Origin: Eledone cirrhosa
Taxonomy: Eukaryota
Reading direction: 5' to 3'
DNA: 64,000 bases
Assembly: GCA_964016885.1 (NCBI GenBank)
Contig: OZ024751.1
Coordinates: 51,398,001-51,462,000, forward strand
In this document: one piece after another, positions 41,450 to 55,327 of the stretch
Numbering within the stretch: the stretch's first letter is position 1
Layout of the letters: every line of letters starts with the position of its first letter
Program-made: the position numbers and the translations under genes
The notes under the pieces: generated by a model
What the model saw: the letters and a program-made list of their open reading frames with translations, nothing else
The model's database searches: none
What the model was told of the DNA's origin: nothing

Positions 41450-41830
41450 TCATTCATCATTTTACGTCTGCTTTTCCATGCTTGCAAGGGTGGGACTTGT
41501 CCTGCTGTGGGCAGTGTCTGGTCGGCTGACCTCTTGCTCATACGGGAATTGATTCTGGCTTGATTTCTACAGCTGGATGCCCTTCTTAACACCAACCTCA
41601 TTTACAGTGTGGGCTGCGTGTTTTTTTTTTCCATGGCGCCTACACGTCCACTTTACAGTGGAATGATAGGGACCGCAGTCCTATCATCTCATTTCTACAG
41701 CTGAGCAAACTGGAGCAATGTGAAATAAAGTGTCTTGCTCAAGGAAACAACACATCACCCAGTCTGAGAATTGAACTCACAACCTTTCGGTTGCAAGGCC
41801 AATACTCTAACCATTAAGCCATGTGCCTTC
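41450..41830 (-). mobile_element. SINE family B, full length
   Basis: Reverse complement of 36470-36820 with a slightly longer tail. Confidence 0.9.
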
Positions 41831-44059
41831 ATGATGCTGATGATAATAGATGTTGTGTGTGTGTGAGAGAGAGAACAGTTCTGGCAGTGGATGATGTGCA
41901 CGATGGAAGTCATTATGATGATGATGATAATGAATGCCTTATGTGTGGTAATGACAGAGAATCTGAGTGATGATGGTGACAGTGATGGATGTGTTCTGTG
42001 TGTGACCAAACTAACATAAAATATACTGGTGTACACACCTGTCAATACAGACAACATGTACTACAGCCAAGATCTAGTGCCCTCCTGCTCCCCAGTGGAT
42101 CAAAATACCTGTGGAATCTCTGGTGTCAGATCCTTAAAATTCTCAGCAACCTATGTGCCTATTACTAACATAATAAAGCAACTATTTTACCCTCAACTCT
42201 GCTGATATGCACCTCCTCCTGTTACTTTGCTTCCTATCCAACCCACACCACCAAGCATTACATTCAGTCACCATTTTATGACAGGCGGAGGTTGGATGGG
42301 TTGTCATTGTCCAAGACTAAGGAGAGCAGAGTGTTACATTTTGCTTATACATACTATATTTTGGCATGATTCTATGACTGGATTCCCCCTTCCTAATGCC
42401 AACTACTTTTCAGAGTGTACTGGATGTATCCATTGCATTTTATCATGGCATTAACACTAGGGAGGTTTCAATGACTCAGCAAGACAGAAGAAACCTTTCC
42501 AATCTATATTATCTAGGTTTGATAACCAATAACTTTAGAGGATGCCTTTGGTTCATTTTCATGTGTGATTGACACAAATCTTTACTGTTCTATGAAACAA
42601 TACTTCACCTTTGTTCAACTTTCACATTAATTTCATCATGTTATCTAACATGCTCCCTATTCTTCCACCTCTACTCAGGCACACCTGATTTGCTCATCTC
42701 ACTTCCTCTCATCACTCATGTTAAGTAGAACATGCCTCCCTTTCAGTACACATCATTTCCCATCCTTTGACCTTCCTCTCCTTGACATCAATACTAAAGC
42801 TACATTTCACCAACTCACTATTATTACTACTAAGACAAATAAGTGATAAGTCACCACCAATTTACCAAGAACACTACTATTACTACAAAGAAAAGAAATG
42901 ATAATTAAATCAAAACAACATGCAGTCCTTCATAATACATTGTCCCTTCACCATTTTCAGAGGTAAAAATACTATTGTAAGAAAAACACAAGGGTATCTT
43001 GCTCCAACTTAGTTTCCTTAACCTCTCTTTTGACAAGAGGAATTTTCTCCTAAAATATATAGGGCTAATTCAATATTTTCAAGTTAACATTCAAAAAATT
43101 TTTTTTATTTTTATATTTAATATTTTATTTCCTACTTGCATTACTCTAAAACAGTTTGTTACATGTAGACCCACACAGAGAGGTGGGGGATATACCATAT
43201 TTATAGACCATGACAAATTTTTAATCCATGACTTATCTATAGGCCATTACACTATGGATAACTGAACATGTGAAAACATATCAAGTGGTTTAGAACAGCC
43301 TGGGGTTAAACAACAACAACCACCATAGCAACTATTTCTCACCTATCTGTTACGTCTAGTTGTATAAACTCAGGTTGCAATAATTAAGTTAATATAAATA
43401 TTTTTAATAATTCATTACATTAATTGCTTAATTAGAAATACTTTTGTAGTGAGGAAAAGACAATTAATTTTCTAATTAAGTAATTAATGCTCACTACATT
43501 CAATATGTTAAAACTAACTTAACTATTGTTTGTTCATGCAGATAGCATCTCTCAGTAATGAACTTCAGAAATTTGTTTTAAAAATATGTTAAACATTGGT
43601 GCTTTTTGTTTATATGTCAATTTGGATTAATTGTTTATGTATAATTATTTTATATAACTACATATAATGATTATTATATATAACTATATGTAACTATTAT
43701 ATAATTGTTTATATATAATTTGTGGACTAAATATTTATATATAATCATTATTTATAATCATTATTTATAATCATTATATATAATCATTATATATAATCAT
43801 TAAATATAAACATTAAATATGATTATTATATATAATGGTTATATATAATCATTAGATATAACCATATATGATTATTATATACAATTTGTGAGCTAACTGT
43901 TCATAGGTTCAAATCTTGTCAGTATTTGAGGAAGGTCAAGGTCAGATGACGCTGTCTTTTCTCATACAGAACCGATTTTGGCTTGGTTTCTATGGCTGGA
44001 TGCCCTTCCTAATGCCAACCATATTTATAGTGAGTAATACACACATACATATATATATA

Positions 44060-44740
44060 TCATCATCATCATCATCATCATCAGGTTTAGCGTCCGTGTT
44101 CCACGCTTGCATGGGTTTGGACGGGGGTTTTCCCACTTGAGGCAAGAGTGGTTGTCTTGCTCGCATAGGACTGTCTGGCGGGTTTTCTACAGTTGGATGC
44201 CCTTCCTAACACCAACCACATTTACAGTGTGGGGCTGGGAGGTTTTTACCGTGTTGCCTACACGGCCACATTACAGCGTGGACTGTCTGGCAGGTTTTCT
44301 ACAGCTGGATGCCCTTCCTAACACCAAGCACATTTACAGTGTGGGGCTGGGAGGTTTTTACCGTGTTGCCTACACGGCCACATTTACAGCGTGGACTGTG
44401 TGTTTTTTTGTCGTGACACCTACACGATCTCATTTGTTTCGGCCTGGATGTTGTGGGACCAACTTAACTTTACATTGAAAGGGGCGGTGTGGATGGGGTG
44501 GAGGTGGTGGGACGGGGTGTGTTTTGATAGAGATGCCTACTGACTGTAGTAGGTTTTTACTTTGTATTTAGGTAAGGCGGGTCTTCTCTATTACTGAGTA
44601 CCGCCAAAGGTCTCGGTCCAGTGACATTGTCTTGGAGAGGTGTAAGCGTGTGAGGTCGGAATTTATCAGCTCGTCCCATGTTTTTCTGGGTCTGCCTACT
44701 CCGTGGCTACCGTCTATCTTTATTGCCCTGCACTTTGTTT
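44060..44740 (-). mobile_element. 5'-truncated RTE LINE (same family as 26693) with an internal tandem duplication of about 112 bp
   Basis: Reverse complement of 26779-27357; ggactgtctggc...cacattacagcgt segment present twice (about 44168-44392). Confidence 0.9.
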
Positions 44741-44989
44741 ATATATAAATACACACACACACACACACACATATATATGTATATATACATATATATACTC
44801 ATTCATATATATATATGTGTGTGTGTGTATGTAATGATTGGTGGAGAGATGAGGGCACTGTAATGACATACATTTCTTGGGCATTTATTATAACTTGATG
44901 GAACCCAACTTCTCTCCGTCTGAACACAACTGATTTTCTCCCCAGAAAGAGACAGAGAATGATAGAGAGAAAGTGAGAAAGAGATATAG

Positions 44990-45150
44990 AGGAAGAATTG
45001 ACTCCAGTACTACACTGGTACTTTTTTATCAACTTTGAATGAATTAAAAGCAAAGTCGACTTCAGTGGGATTTGAACTCAGAGCACAGAGGGCCAAAATG
45101 AACACCACAAGGCATTTTATCTGGCATTCTAACAACTCTTCTAATTCATT
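44990..45150 (-). mobile_element. Diverged SINE family A copy
   Basis: actggtactttttt...caaagtcgacttcagtgggatttgaactcag. Confidence 0.7.
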
Positions 45151-45187
45151 GCCTATATAAATATATATACATCTCTCTCTCTCTCTC

Positions 45188-45226
<39 letters not shown>

Positions 45227-45229
<3 letters not shown>

Positions 45230-45621
45230 GTAAAACCTACTAGAGCCAGTAGGCATCTCTAACAAAATACACCCCGTCCCACCCCCGTCCCACCCCATCC
45301 ACACCACCCCCTTCTATGTAAAGTTATGTCGGTGCCACGCCATCCAGGCCGAAACAAATGAGGTCGTGTAGGTGTCACGACAAAAAAACACACAGTCCAC
45401 GCTGTAATGTGGCCGTATAGGCAACACGGTAAAAACCTCCCAGCCCCACACTGTAAATGTGGTTGGTGTTAGGAAGGGCATCCAGCTGTAGAAAACACGC
45501 CAGACAGTCCTATGCGAGCAAGACAATCACTCTTGCCTCAAGTGGGAATACCCCCATCCAAACCCATGCAAGCGTGAAACACGGACGTTAAACGTTGATG
45601 ATGATGATGATGATGATGATG
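45227..45621 (+). mobile_element. RTE LINE 3' UTR-only insertion
   Basis: Near identical to 26957-27357, with (GAT)n tail. Confidence 0.9.
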
Positions 45622-45707
45622 ACACATCTATATACACACATATTTATATATATATATATATATAAGTATTAATATAAGTATTAATAAAATAGATGTTCTT
45701 TTGATCA

Positions 45708-45770
45708 ATTACATTTTATTATACATATTTCGGATGTACAACAGTACGTCCTCATCAGACAAAATATAAT
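45708..45770 (-). ncRNA. Minimal type I hammerhead ribozyme, well paired
   Basis: Minus strand: attatattttgt CTGATGA ggacgtac-tgtt-gtacatcc GAAA tatgta TA ataaaatgtaat; 12-bp stem I with G-U pairs, 7 of 8 bp in stem II. Confidence 0.8.
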
Positions 45771-45868
45771 GATACATGACATACCCTGAGATGTTAAATG
45801 GTTAAGATTTAATCAAGGTAGTAAAAATCATTCTTTGACATAATCATCGAATATTGTTTAACAATTTA

Positions 45869-45899
<31 letters not shown>

Positions 45900-45911
<12 letters not shown>

Positions 45912-46270
45912 TATATATATATATATACACACATATTTATATATCTATATATATATATACACATACACACACACATATATATATATATACACACATATTT
46001 ATATATCTATATATATATATACACATACACACACATATATATATATATACACACATATTTATATATCTATATATATATATACACATACACACACACATAT
46101 ATATATATACACACATATTTATATATCTCTCTATATATATACACATACACACACACACATATATATATACACACATATTTATATATCTATATATATATAT
46201 ACACATACACACACACACATATATATATACACACATATTTATATATCTATATATATATATATACACATAC
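45900..46270. repeat. 60-bp TA/CA-derived minisatellite
   Basis: Consecutive 60-nt lines from 45961 to 46260 are nearly identical. Confidence 0.9.
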
Positions 46271-46520
46271 ACACACATATATATATATACATATATATAT
46301 ACATACACACATGCACATACTCCCATATAAGGAGAGGCTTTGTGCTGAGTCAAACGAAACCCGCCTACTCCTCCCCCCACCACATATCATCATCCTACAT
46401 ATTACGATCACTGTCATCACAATTATCATCATTTCTGTTATCGGTGATCTTGTTTGTGTCATCACTGACGATGACGATGATGATGATGATGCCACAATCA
46501 CTACCACTACCACCACTACC

Positions 46521-46560
<40 letters not shown>

Positions 46561-46774
46561 TCACTACTGCTGCTGCTGCTGCTGCTGTTCCTATAGTTGT
46601 CATCATTGTCGTACTTAGTTGTTTACGTTTAAACAGATCTTCCCCATCCATTGGTGACCACCTCTGATGATGATGATGATGATACTATTAGTACTACCAC
46701 CACCACTACCACTACCACTACCACCCCCGCCACCACCATCTCTACTAAACATTAATTATGATAATAAGAATAAT

Positions 46775-46905
46775 AATGGTTTTTGATTTAGGCACAAGGT
46801 CAACAATTTGGAGAGGGGGGGGGGGGTTGATTAGATCGACCCCAGTGTATTACTGGTACTTTATTTTACCGACCCCATAAGAATGCAAAGCAAAATTGAT
46901 CTCAG
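46775..46905 (-). mobile_element. Partial SINE family A variant
   Basis: ggcacaaggtcaacaatt...ttactggtactttattttaccgacccc. Confidence 0.7.
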
Positions 46906-47109
46906 CAAAAAAAAAAATAATACTGCTACTACTACCACAAGCACTACTACTACTGCCGATACTATGATTACTATTACTAACACTACTACTACTAGCACTA
47001 CCATTACTACCAATACCACTACTACTACTTCAATTGTTACCAACACTACTACAACTATTACTACCACTAATACCACTAATACTACTACTAGCACTAGTAT
47101 TACTACCAA

Positions 47110-47145
<36 letters not shown>

Positions 47146-47224
47146 AACTGTTACCACTACCAATACCACTACTACTACCAATACCACTTTTACTATCAGT
47201 ACTACTACAACTACTACCACTACC

Positions 47225-47309
47225 AATACTATTGCTATCACAGTAGTAGTGGTACTACTACCACTTACTACAACCACTACCAATACCAATGCTATCACAG
47301 TAGTAGTGG

Positions 47310-47351
<42 letters not shown>

Positions 47352-47380
47352 CACTACCATTGCTATCACAGTAGTAGTGG

Positions 47381-47425
<45 letters not shown>

Positions 47426-47534
47426 CACTACTACAACCACTACCAATACCATTGCTATCACAGTAGTAGTGGTACTACTACTACTACCACTACTACAACC
47501 ACTACCAATACCATTGCTATCACAGTAGTAGTGG

Positions 47535-47570
<36 letters not shown>

Positions 47571-47679
47571 CACTACTACAACCACTACCAATACCATTGC
47601 TATCACAGTAGTAGTGGTACTACTACTACTACCACTACTACAACCACTACCAATACCATTGCTATCACAGTAGTAGTGG

Positions 47680-47733
<54 letters not shown>

Positions 47734-47842
47734 CACTACTACAGCCACTACCAATACCATTGCTATCACAGTAGTAGTGGTACTACTACTACTACCACTA
47801 CTACAACCACTACCAATACCATTGCTATCACAGTAGTAGTGG

Positions 47843-47878
<36 letters not shown>

Positions 47879-47987
47879 CACTACTACAACCACTACCAAT
47901 ACCATTGCTATCACAGTAGTAGTGGTACTACTACTACTACCACTACTACAACCACTACCAATACCATTGCTATCACAGTAGTAGTGG

Positions 47988-48032
<45 letters not shown>

Positions 48033-48141
48033 CACTACTACAGCCACTACCAATACCATTGCTATCACAGTAGTAGTGGTACTACTACTACTACCACTAC
48101 TACAACCACTACCAATACCATTGCTATCACAGTAGTAGTGG

Positions 48142-48192
<51 letters not shown>

Positions 48193-48301
48193 CACTACTA
48201 CAGCCACTACCAATACCATTGCTATCACAGTAGTAGTGGTACTACTACTACTACCACTACTACAACCACTACCAATACCATTGCTATCACAGTAGTAGTG
48301 G

Positions 48302-48352
<51 letters not shown>

Positions 48353-48461
48353 CACTACTACAGCCACTACCAATACCATTGCTATCACAGTAGTAGTGGT
48401 ACTACTACTACTACCACTACTACAACCACTACCAATACCATTGCTATCACAGTAGTAGTGG

Positions 48462-48500
<39 letters not shown>

Positions 48501-48609
48501 CACTACTACAACCACTACCAATACCATTGCTATCACAGTAGTAGTGGTACTACTACTACTACCACTACTACAACCACTACCAATACCATTGCTATCACAG
48601 TAGTAGTGG

Positions 48610-48651
<42 letters not shown>

Positions 48652-48760
48652 CACTACTACAGCCACTACCAATACCATTGCTATCACAGTAGTAGTGGTA
48701 CTACTACTACTACCACTACTACAACCACTACCAATACCATTGCTATCACAGTAGTAGTGG

Positions 48761-48808
<48 letters not shown>

Positions 48809-49300
48809 CACTACTACAGCCACTACCAATACCATTGCTATCACAGTAGTAGTGGTACTACTACTACTACCACTACTACAACCACTACCAATACCATTGC
48901 TATCACAGTAGTAGTGGTACTACTACTACCACTACTACAACCACTACCAATACCATTGCTATCACAATAGTAGTGGTACTACTACTACTACTACCACTAC
49001 TACAACCACTACCAATACCATTGCTATCACAGTAGTAGTGGTACTACTACTACCACTACTACAACCACTACCAATACCATTGCTATCACAATAGTAGTGG
49101 TACTACTACTACTACTACCACTACTACAACCACTACCAATACCATTGCTATCACAGTAGTAGTGGTACTACTACTACTACCACTACTACAGCCACTACCA
49201 ATACCATTGCTATCACAATAGTAGTGGTACTACTACTACTACTACCACTACTACAACCACTACCAATACCATTGCTATCACAGTAGTAGTGGTACTACTA
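47225..49300. repeat. Minisatellite with an internal hairpin and alternating long/short (CTA)n units
   Basis: Unit ccactactacaaccactaccaataccattgctatcacagtagtagtggt(act)n. Confidence 0.95.
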
Positions 49301-49429
49301 CCACCACAGCCGTTGTTGTTGTTGTTATTGCTGTCCCTATGTTTAGACAGATCTCCTCCATCCATTCGTAACCACCACTTAAGTTGTCACTGGTTACAGT
49401 ATTGATCATCTATTTATAAACCTACAGCA

Positions 49430-50230
49430 CAACTGGATGCTACATACAGACATATGCCTTCTCTCACTCTCATACACATACATACATACATACATACATA
49501 CATACATACACACATACATACACACACATACACACATATATATATACATACACACACACATTGGATGCTACATACAGACATATGCCTTCGCTGACTCTCA
49601 TACACATACATACATATACATACACATACATACACATACATACACATACATACACATACACATTGGATGCTACATACAGACAAACTGCTTCTCTGACTCT
49701 CATACACATACATACATATACACACATACATATGCATACATATACATACACACATACACATACATACATACACACATACATATACATACACACACACATT
49801 GGATGCTACATACAGACAGACGCCTTCGGTGACTCTCATACACACACATACACAGACACACACACACTCACATAGACACACACTGGATGCTACATACAGA
49901 CTCCTTCTCTCATACACATACACAAATACACACACTCACATACACACTGGATACTACATAGATTCCTTCTCTGTCTCTCATACATATACATACATACACA
50001 TACATACACACTCTCATACTCACACACTCTCATATTCTCATACTCACATACACACACTCACACACTGGATGCTACACACACACACAGACTCCTTTTCTGT
50101 CTCTCATACACATACACAAACACACACTCACACAGTAGATACTACATAGATATACTCCTCTCTCTCTCACACACACTGGATACTACATACACAGGTTCCT
50201 CTCTCACATACACACACACACACACTTAGA
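49430..50230. repeat. Degenerate CA-rich tandem repeat with a ggatgctacatacaga anchor
   Basis: Anchor recurs near 49435, 49562, 49665, 49801, 49885, 49949, 50066 and 50178. Confidence 0.75.
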
Positions 50231-50907
50231 TAGAAGTTCTATATAATATCAGAGTGTGTATGTGTGTGTGTGTGTGTAGTGGATATTATAGATTCCTTAC
50301 ACAGCCACACACACAGACACATGTGAGAGAGACTGTCTACTGTGTATCTGTGTGAGAAAGTGTGTAGTACCCTTTACACACACACATAAGCTCTCTATTG
50401 AGTGAGAGTGTGTATATATGTGTGTGTGTGTGTGTGTAGTGGATACTATAGACAGTCTATAGTGTATTGTGTACAATAGTTACCACAGACTTCACACACT
50501 CTATATAGTGTGTGAGTATATGTGTGAGTATGTGTGTGTGTAATAGATACTACAAATGTGTGTGTGTGTGTATGTGTAGTGTAGGTATGTATAGAGGATA
50601 CTATATATAGACTCCTCATGCAATCTCTCTATATGTAGCATGTGTGTGTTTATGTGTGTAGTGTATATATGCGTATAATGAGTACTACAGTTCCTACTTT
50701 TCCCTTTCTGTAGTGTATATGTGTGAAGTGTAATGTATGTATGTGTAGTTTAGTGTGTACAGTGTAGTGTGAGTGGAGTGTATATGTGTATATATTGTAG
50801 TGTGTGTGTGTGTGTGTGTGTGTGTGAGTGCATGTGTGTAGTGTACTGTATATGTCTGTATAGTAAATACTACAACTCCTACTTTTCACTTTCTGTGGTG
50901 TATTTGT

Positions 50908-51175
50908 ATTGGACTCCATAAGCCGTAGCGAAGGCAACCTGTCTAGGAGGGCAGTGACTCTGAATAAAAACAACTACATGTAGCAGACATGAACCCTGCA
51001 AGCCGTAGTGAAGGTAACCAATCCAGGAGGGCAGCGACTTTGATTAAAAATGACTACATGAGGCAGACATGGACTTCGTAAGTCATAGTGAAGACAACTC
51101 ATCAAGGAGAGTAGGCCCTGAATAAAAACTAATATGTGGTAGAGAAGACTCCTAAGTCCAGTAAGACAATCTCTC
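50908..51175 (+). repeat. Three 80-bp tandem repeats in the 5' UTR of the downstream RTE element
   Basis: Units start at 50911, 50991 and 51071 (ggactccataagccgtagcgaaggcaacctgtctaggagggcagtgactctgaataaaaacaactacatgtagcagacat). Confidence 0.8.
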
Positions 51176-51319
51176 TATTGCTGGTGGCATGAATAAAATT
51201 AGTGTTGTGCACAGTAGTGGGGTGGCTAGAGTAATCAAGTAATCACACAACCTTTTTCTCTTCCAGGTACAAAGAACTGCTACTTAAGGATCTAACCACT
51301 GTCAAGTTACACATCTCAG

Positions 51320-52070
51320 GGCTGCCATTCTCAATGTTGGCAGCCTGAAAGGTAAATCAGGTGAAATTGTGGAACTGCTAAAGAGAAGAGAAGTGGATGT
51401 ATGTTGTGTACAAAAAGTGAGATGGAGGGGTGCCTCATCAGGCAAACAACATAGATACAAACTTTACTGGGCAGGAAATCACGATGGGGGAGGTGATGTA
51501 GGTATTCTGATTGCTGAGAAATGAATAGATAAGGTGTCAAAGGCAGTTAGGGTAAGTGACAGAATTATCAAGCTTAGAATAGCTGTAGGAAATAGAATTG
51601 TGACAATTATATCTACCTATGCACCACAAGCAGGACTGAGTAAAGAATAAAAGGATAGGTTCTATGAGGAACTTTTACAGACAACCTCAGCTATTCATAA
51701 AAGAGACTTCATCATCTTGGCAGGTGACTTCAATGGACATGTTGGACAGTATCATGATGGATTCATTGGAATTCAAAGTAGCAATGGTTATGGTTCCTGG
51801 AATTCTGTGATGCAAATCAACTAACCAATTGTAACAGAAATTTCAGGAAACCAGCCAGCCACCTGATCACATGCCAATCAGGTGAACAACAGACACATTG
51901 ATTTCTTACTTGTAAGACGAAATAAATGGACTGTAATAAATGCTAAGGCATTCACTGAGGAAAATATGCTGCCAAACATAAGTTAGTTATTAGTGACATC
52001 AGATTAAGCACAAGACAGAACAAGATAAACAGGAAAATATGAAGACAGAGGGTTTGGAAGCTACAGGAAC
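51320..52070 (+). mobile_element. Degenerate RTE LINE apurinic-like endonuclease domain
   Basis: LNVGSLKGKSGEIVELLKRREVDVCCVQKVRWRG, DVGILI, VSDRII, YAPQAGL, AGDFNGHVG, IDFLLVR, HKLVISDI, VWKL; contains stops and frameshifts. Confidence 0.92.
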
Positions 52071-52453
52071 TTTCGGTAGATGTGTCCAAATACTAGGTCT
52101 CCAATTTGAGAATGCCTTCTTCCCTTTATCTCACTAGGCAGATATGGCACTACCTTTCCATTCCTGACTGAACAGTAAGAAAAGAAGTTGATCTACCTAA
52201 TCTTAAACGGAGGCAATTATGGACATAACTTCCTCCTCCAGGTCAAATCATTGAAAAAACTATTTTACTGAAATAGCATATAAGAAAAAAACAAATAAAA
52301 CAACAAATCTTTAAACCATTCTGTGTTTTGTCAACAAGATTTTTACCAACTTTCAATTATATTTCTTCCATCCTTACCACATGAAATGCCACGGAACCAT
52401 TATACTATTTTGGTATAATTAAGAATTAAAAAAACATTGGCACGGAGAAAGCA

Positions 52454-52665
52454 TTAACACTTTAGCATTTAAACCGGCTGTATCCGGCCAGAATTCTCTC
52501 ACCTCTTTCTGTTCAAACCAGCTGTAACTGGCCACACATATTTATGTTAAGGTATTGTTGTCAAAATAAATAATATCAAAATCTCATAGATTTGATATTA
52601 TGTGAGGTAATTATGTGAGGTAAAGCTTTTACCATGAAAATATAATAGTAAATATAAAGTAATAT
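52454..52665 (+). mobile_element. piggyBac-type MITE copy, right end lost
   Basis: ttaacactttagcatttaaaccggctgtatccggccagaattctctcacc. Confidence 0.8.
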
Positions 52666-53554
52666 AAAAGTGTTATAATGTAGTGAACAGGTTTGTTACC
52701 CATACACCATCATATTCATTCCATCCTTTCCAGAAGAAATTCAATTCTATCATAACTTTCTATTGTTTTTTGAATTATTGAGACAAAAATCAAACATAAA
52801 TCCTTTTTATACCAAACTGTCTGAAACTGCCCATGGTTCTACAATACTAAACTATATGTTTTGAAGTGTATATATTGATATAAAAACCTTCCATCATCGT
52901 TTTATGTAAGAACTTTTGCTAAATTATGCTCCAAACAAGATTAATAATGGAAAAGTCAGTTATATTACTAAATCTCTCTAAATTTTTGATGTTTTTTTTA
53001 AATTATTGAAAATTATAGCCAGTGTCTTTCACTTCAGTAGAGTACCACCACCACCTCGGCATTAAGTACAGTACCACTACCTCCTCCATTACATTACAGT
53101 ACCACCCACATTACATTACTGTACCAACACCACTTCCACCACTAGAACCTCTACCGTTATGTTACACTTGACATTACAATACAATACCACTATGACATTA
53201 CAATACAATACCACTATGTTACTGTACCAAGACCACTTCCACTACCACCTCTACGTTACTGTACCATCACCACCACCACTACCACATTACAGTACAACCA
53301 CCGCCACCACAGTGCTGTACCACCACTACAACATTACAGTACAGTACCACCACCACAGTACAGTACTACCACTACAACATTACAGTATGGTACTACCACC
53401 CCAGTAAAGTACCACCACCACAGTACAGTACCACAACAAATATTGATTAGCTACAATGCAAAAGTGTAAGCTGATCACTAATTCTAAATATAGTAACATT
53501 GTCAAATTCTTTGCCACATTTATTTATAGCATGGCTGCCTAGCTAGCATCCTTA

Positions 53555-53840
53555 TTGGATAATACTACTATCCCCCCCCCTCCCCAGTTGGATAATACTA
53601 CTACCTCACTCCCTACCCACATTGGATAACACTACTACCTTATTCCCTACCCCCATTGGATAACACTACTCCTCAGCCCTTGCCCCCCATTGGATAACAC
53701 AATTACCTCATCCCCTCCTTTGGAAAATACTAACCCCCCCCCCCCCAGTTGGATATACCAATACCTCAATCCCATAACCCCCCCCCCCTCCATTGAATAA
53801 TACTACTATCTCCTCCACAACCCCCATTGGATAATAATAT
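53555..53840. repeat. Degenerate tandem repeat of about 33 bp (ttggataatactactacctc...cccc)
   Basis: About 9 recurrences. Confidence 0.75.
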
Positions 53841-54029
53841 CATATATCTCTTCCATTCTGGGATTCAATGTGTGTCTGTATGTGAGTGTGTATATATATA
53901 GAGATAGATAGATATAGATATATACCCCATGGATAGATAATATCCTTATGGGATAACACTAGCTCTCCTATTGTATAATACCAACTTTCTCACCTATTCT
54001 GGGATTCTGTGTGTGTATATATATATATA

Positions 54030-54374
54030 TCATCATCATCATCATCATTTCATTTTACGTTCGCTTTTCCCTGGTTTCAAGGGTGGGACAGGAACTGATT
54101 TGGCTTGATTTCTACAGCTGGATGCCCTTCCTAACACCAACCTCATTTACAGTGAGTGCTGGGTGCTTTTTTGCTGTGGCACCTCCATGATCACTTTACA
54201 GTGGAATGATAGGGACCCCAGTCCCTATCATCTCATTTCTACAGCTGAGTAAACTGGAGCAATGTGAAATAAAGTGTCTTGCTCAAGGAAGCAACACATC
54301 ACCCGGTCTGAGAATTGAACTCACAATCTTTCGATTGCAAGGCCAATGCTCTAACCACTAAGCCATGTGCCTCC
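54030..54374 (-). mobile_element. SINE family B, full length
   Basis: Reverse complement of 36470-36820. Confidence 0.92.
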
Positions 54375-54584
54375 ATTTTTTATATATATATATATATATA
54401 TAAAAATATTATGTAGCAGTATGTAAGATTGATGTAGTATCCATATTACTGGATAATACATCAATCTTACATTATATGATTCTGTGTGAATATATGTAGT
54501 ATGGCTAGCCACCATCTTTACTGGATAAAACTACTGCCACATATTCTGGGCTTGTTTGTATGTGTGTATATATATATATATATA

Positions 54585-54745
54585 TCATCATCACCGTTTT
54601 ACGTCCATTCTTCCATGCTAGCATGGATCAGATGGGTTGTCCTATTGTGGGCAATGCCAGGTCGGATGACCTTCTTCTTGCTCATACGGGAATTGATTTT
54701 GGCTTGAGTTCTACAGCTGGATGCCCTTCCTAACACCAACCTCAT
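54585..54745 (-). mobile_element. SINE B/RTE-type 3' tail fragment
   Basis: ttttacgtccattcttccatgctagc...ctacagctggatgcccttcctaacaccaacctc. Confidence 0.7.
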
Positions 54746-54766
54746 ATATATATATATATGTATAAA

Positions 54767-55045
54767 ATAATTGTTTCTACTTTAGGCACAAGGCCAGCAA
54801 TTACCCAGTGCATTGCTGGTACTTTGTATAAAATAATGAGCCAGCATCCATACTGCATAATTGTTTCTACTTTTGGCACAAGGCCAGCAATTATCCCAGT
54901 GCATTACTGGTACTTTATTTTATCCACCCTTTAAGGATGAAAGGCAAAGTTAACCTCGGTGGGATCTGAATTCAGACCGTAAAGGGCCGTAACTCCATGC
55001 TGCAAAGCGTGGTGTCCGACACTCTACCGATACTACCAATCTACC
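54767..55045 (-). mobile_element. SINE family A: 3' fragment plus a full-length copy (54858-55045)
   Basis: Two ataattgtttctacttt starts; the full copy is flanked by a repeated catccatactg. Confidence 0.88.
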
Positions 55046-55327
55046 ATCCATACTGAATAATATTAGCTAATCATATTAAATACATACAGAGCGATTCTGT
55101 GTGTATGTATCCATAGTAATACTTGTACCATTTTAAGATTTGTTGTGTGTATCCAGTTTAGTATAGGTACACTACAGTTTTGCATGCTCTAAGGGGTACA
55201 TAAAAGGGTTGGCACCAGAAAGGACAACCAGCCATACAAGTTTGTCTTTAAAAGCCCCCTATGAATAGTATAAAACCTGTCATGGACCTGACGGGTTTAA
55301 CCGCTGCTTTAGCAGATCAAAATTGCC

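Noticed and set aside
52138-52175. Possible plus-strand micro-exon (RYGTTFPFLTE followed by gtaaga)
   Set aside because: Too short to support and no neighbouring exons were identified
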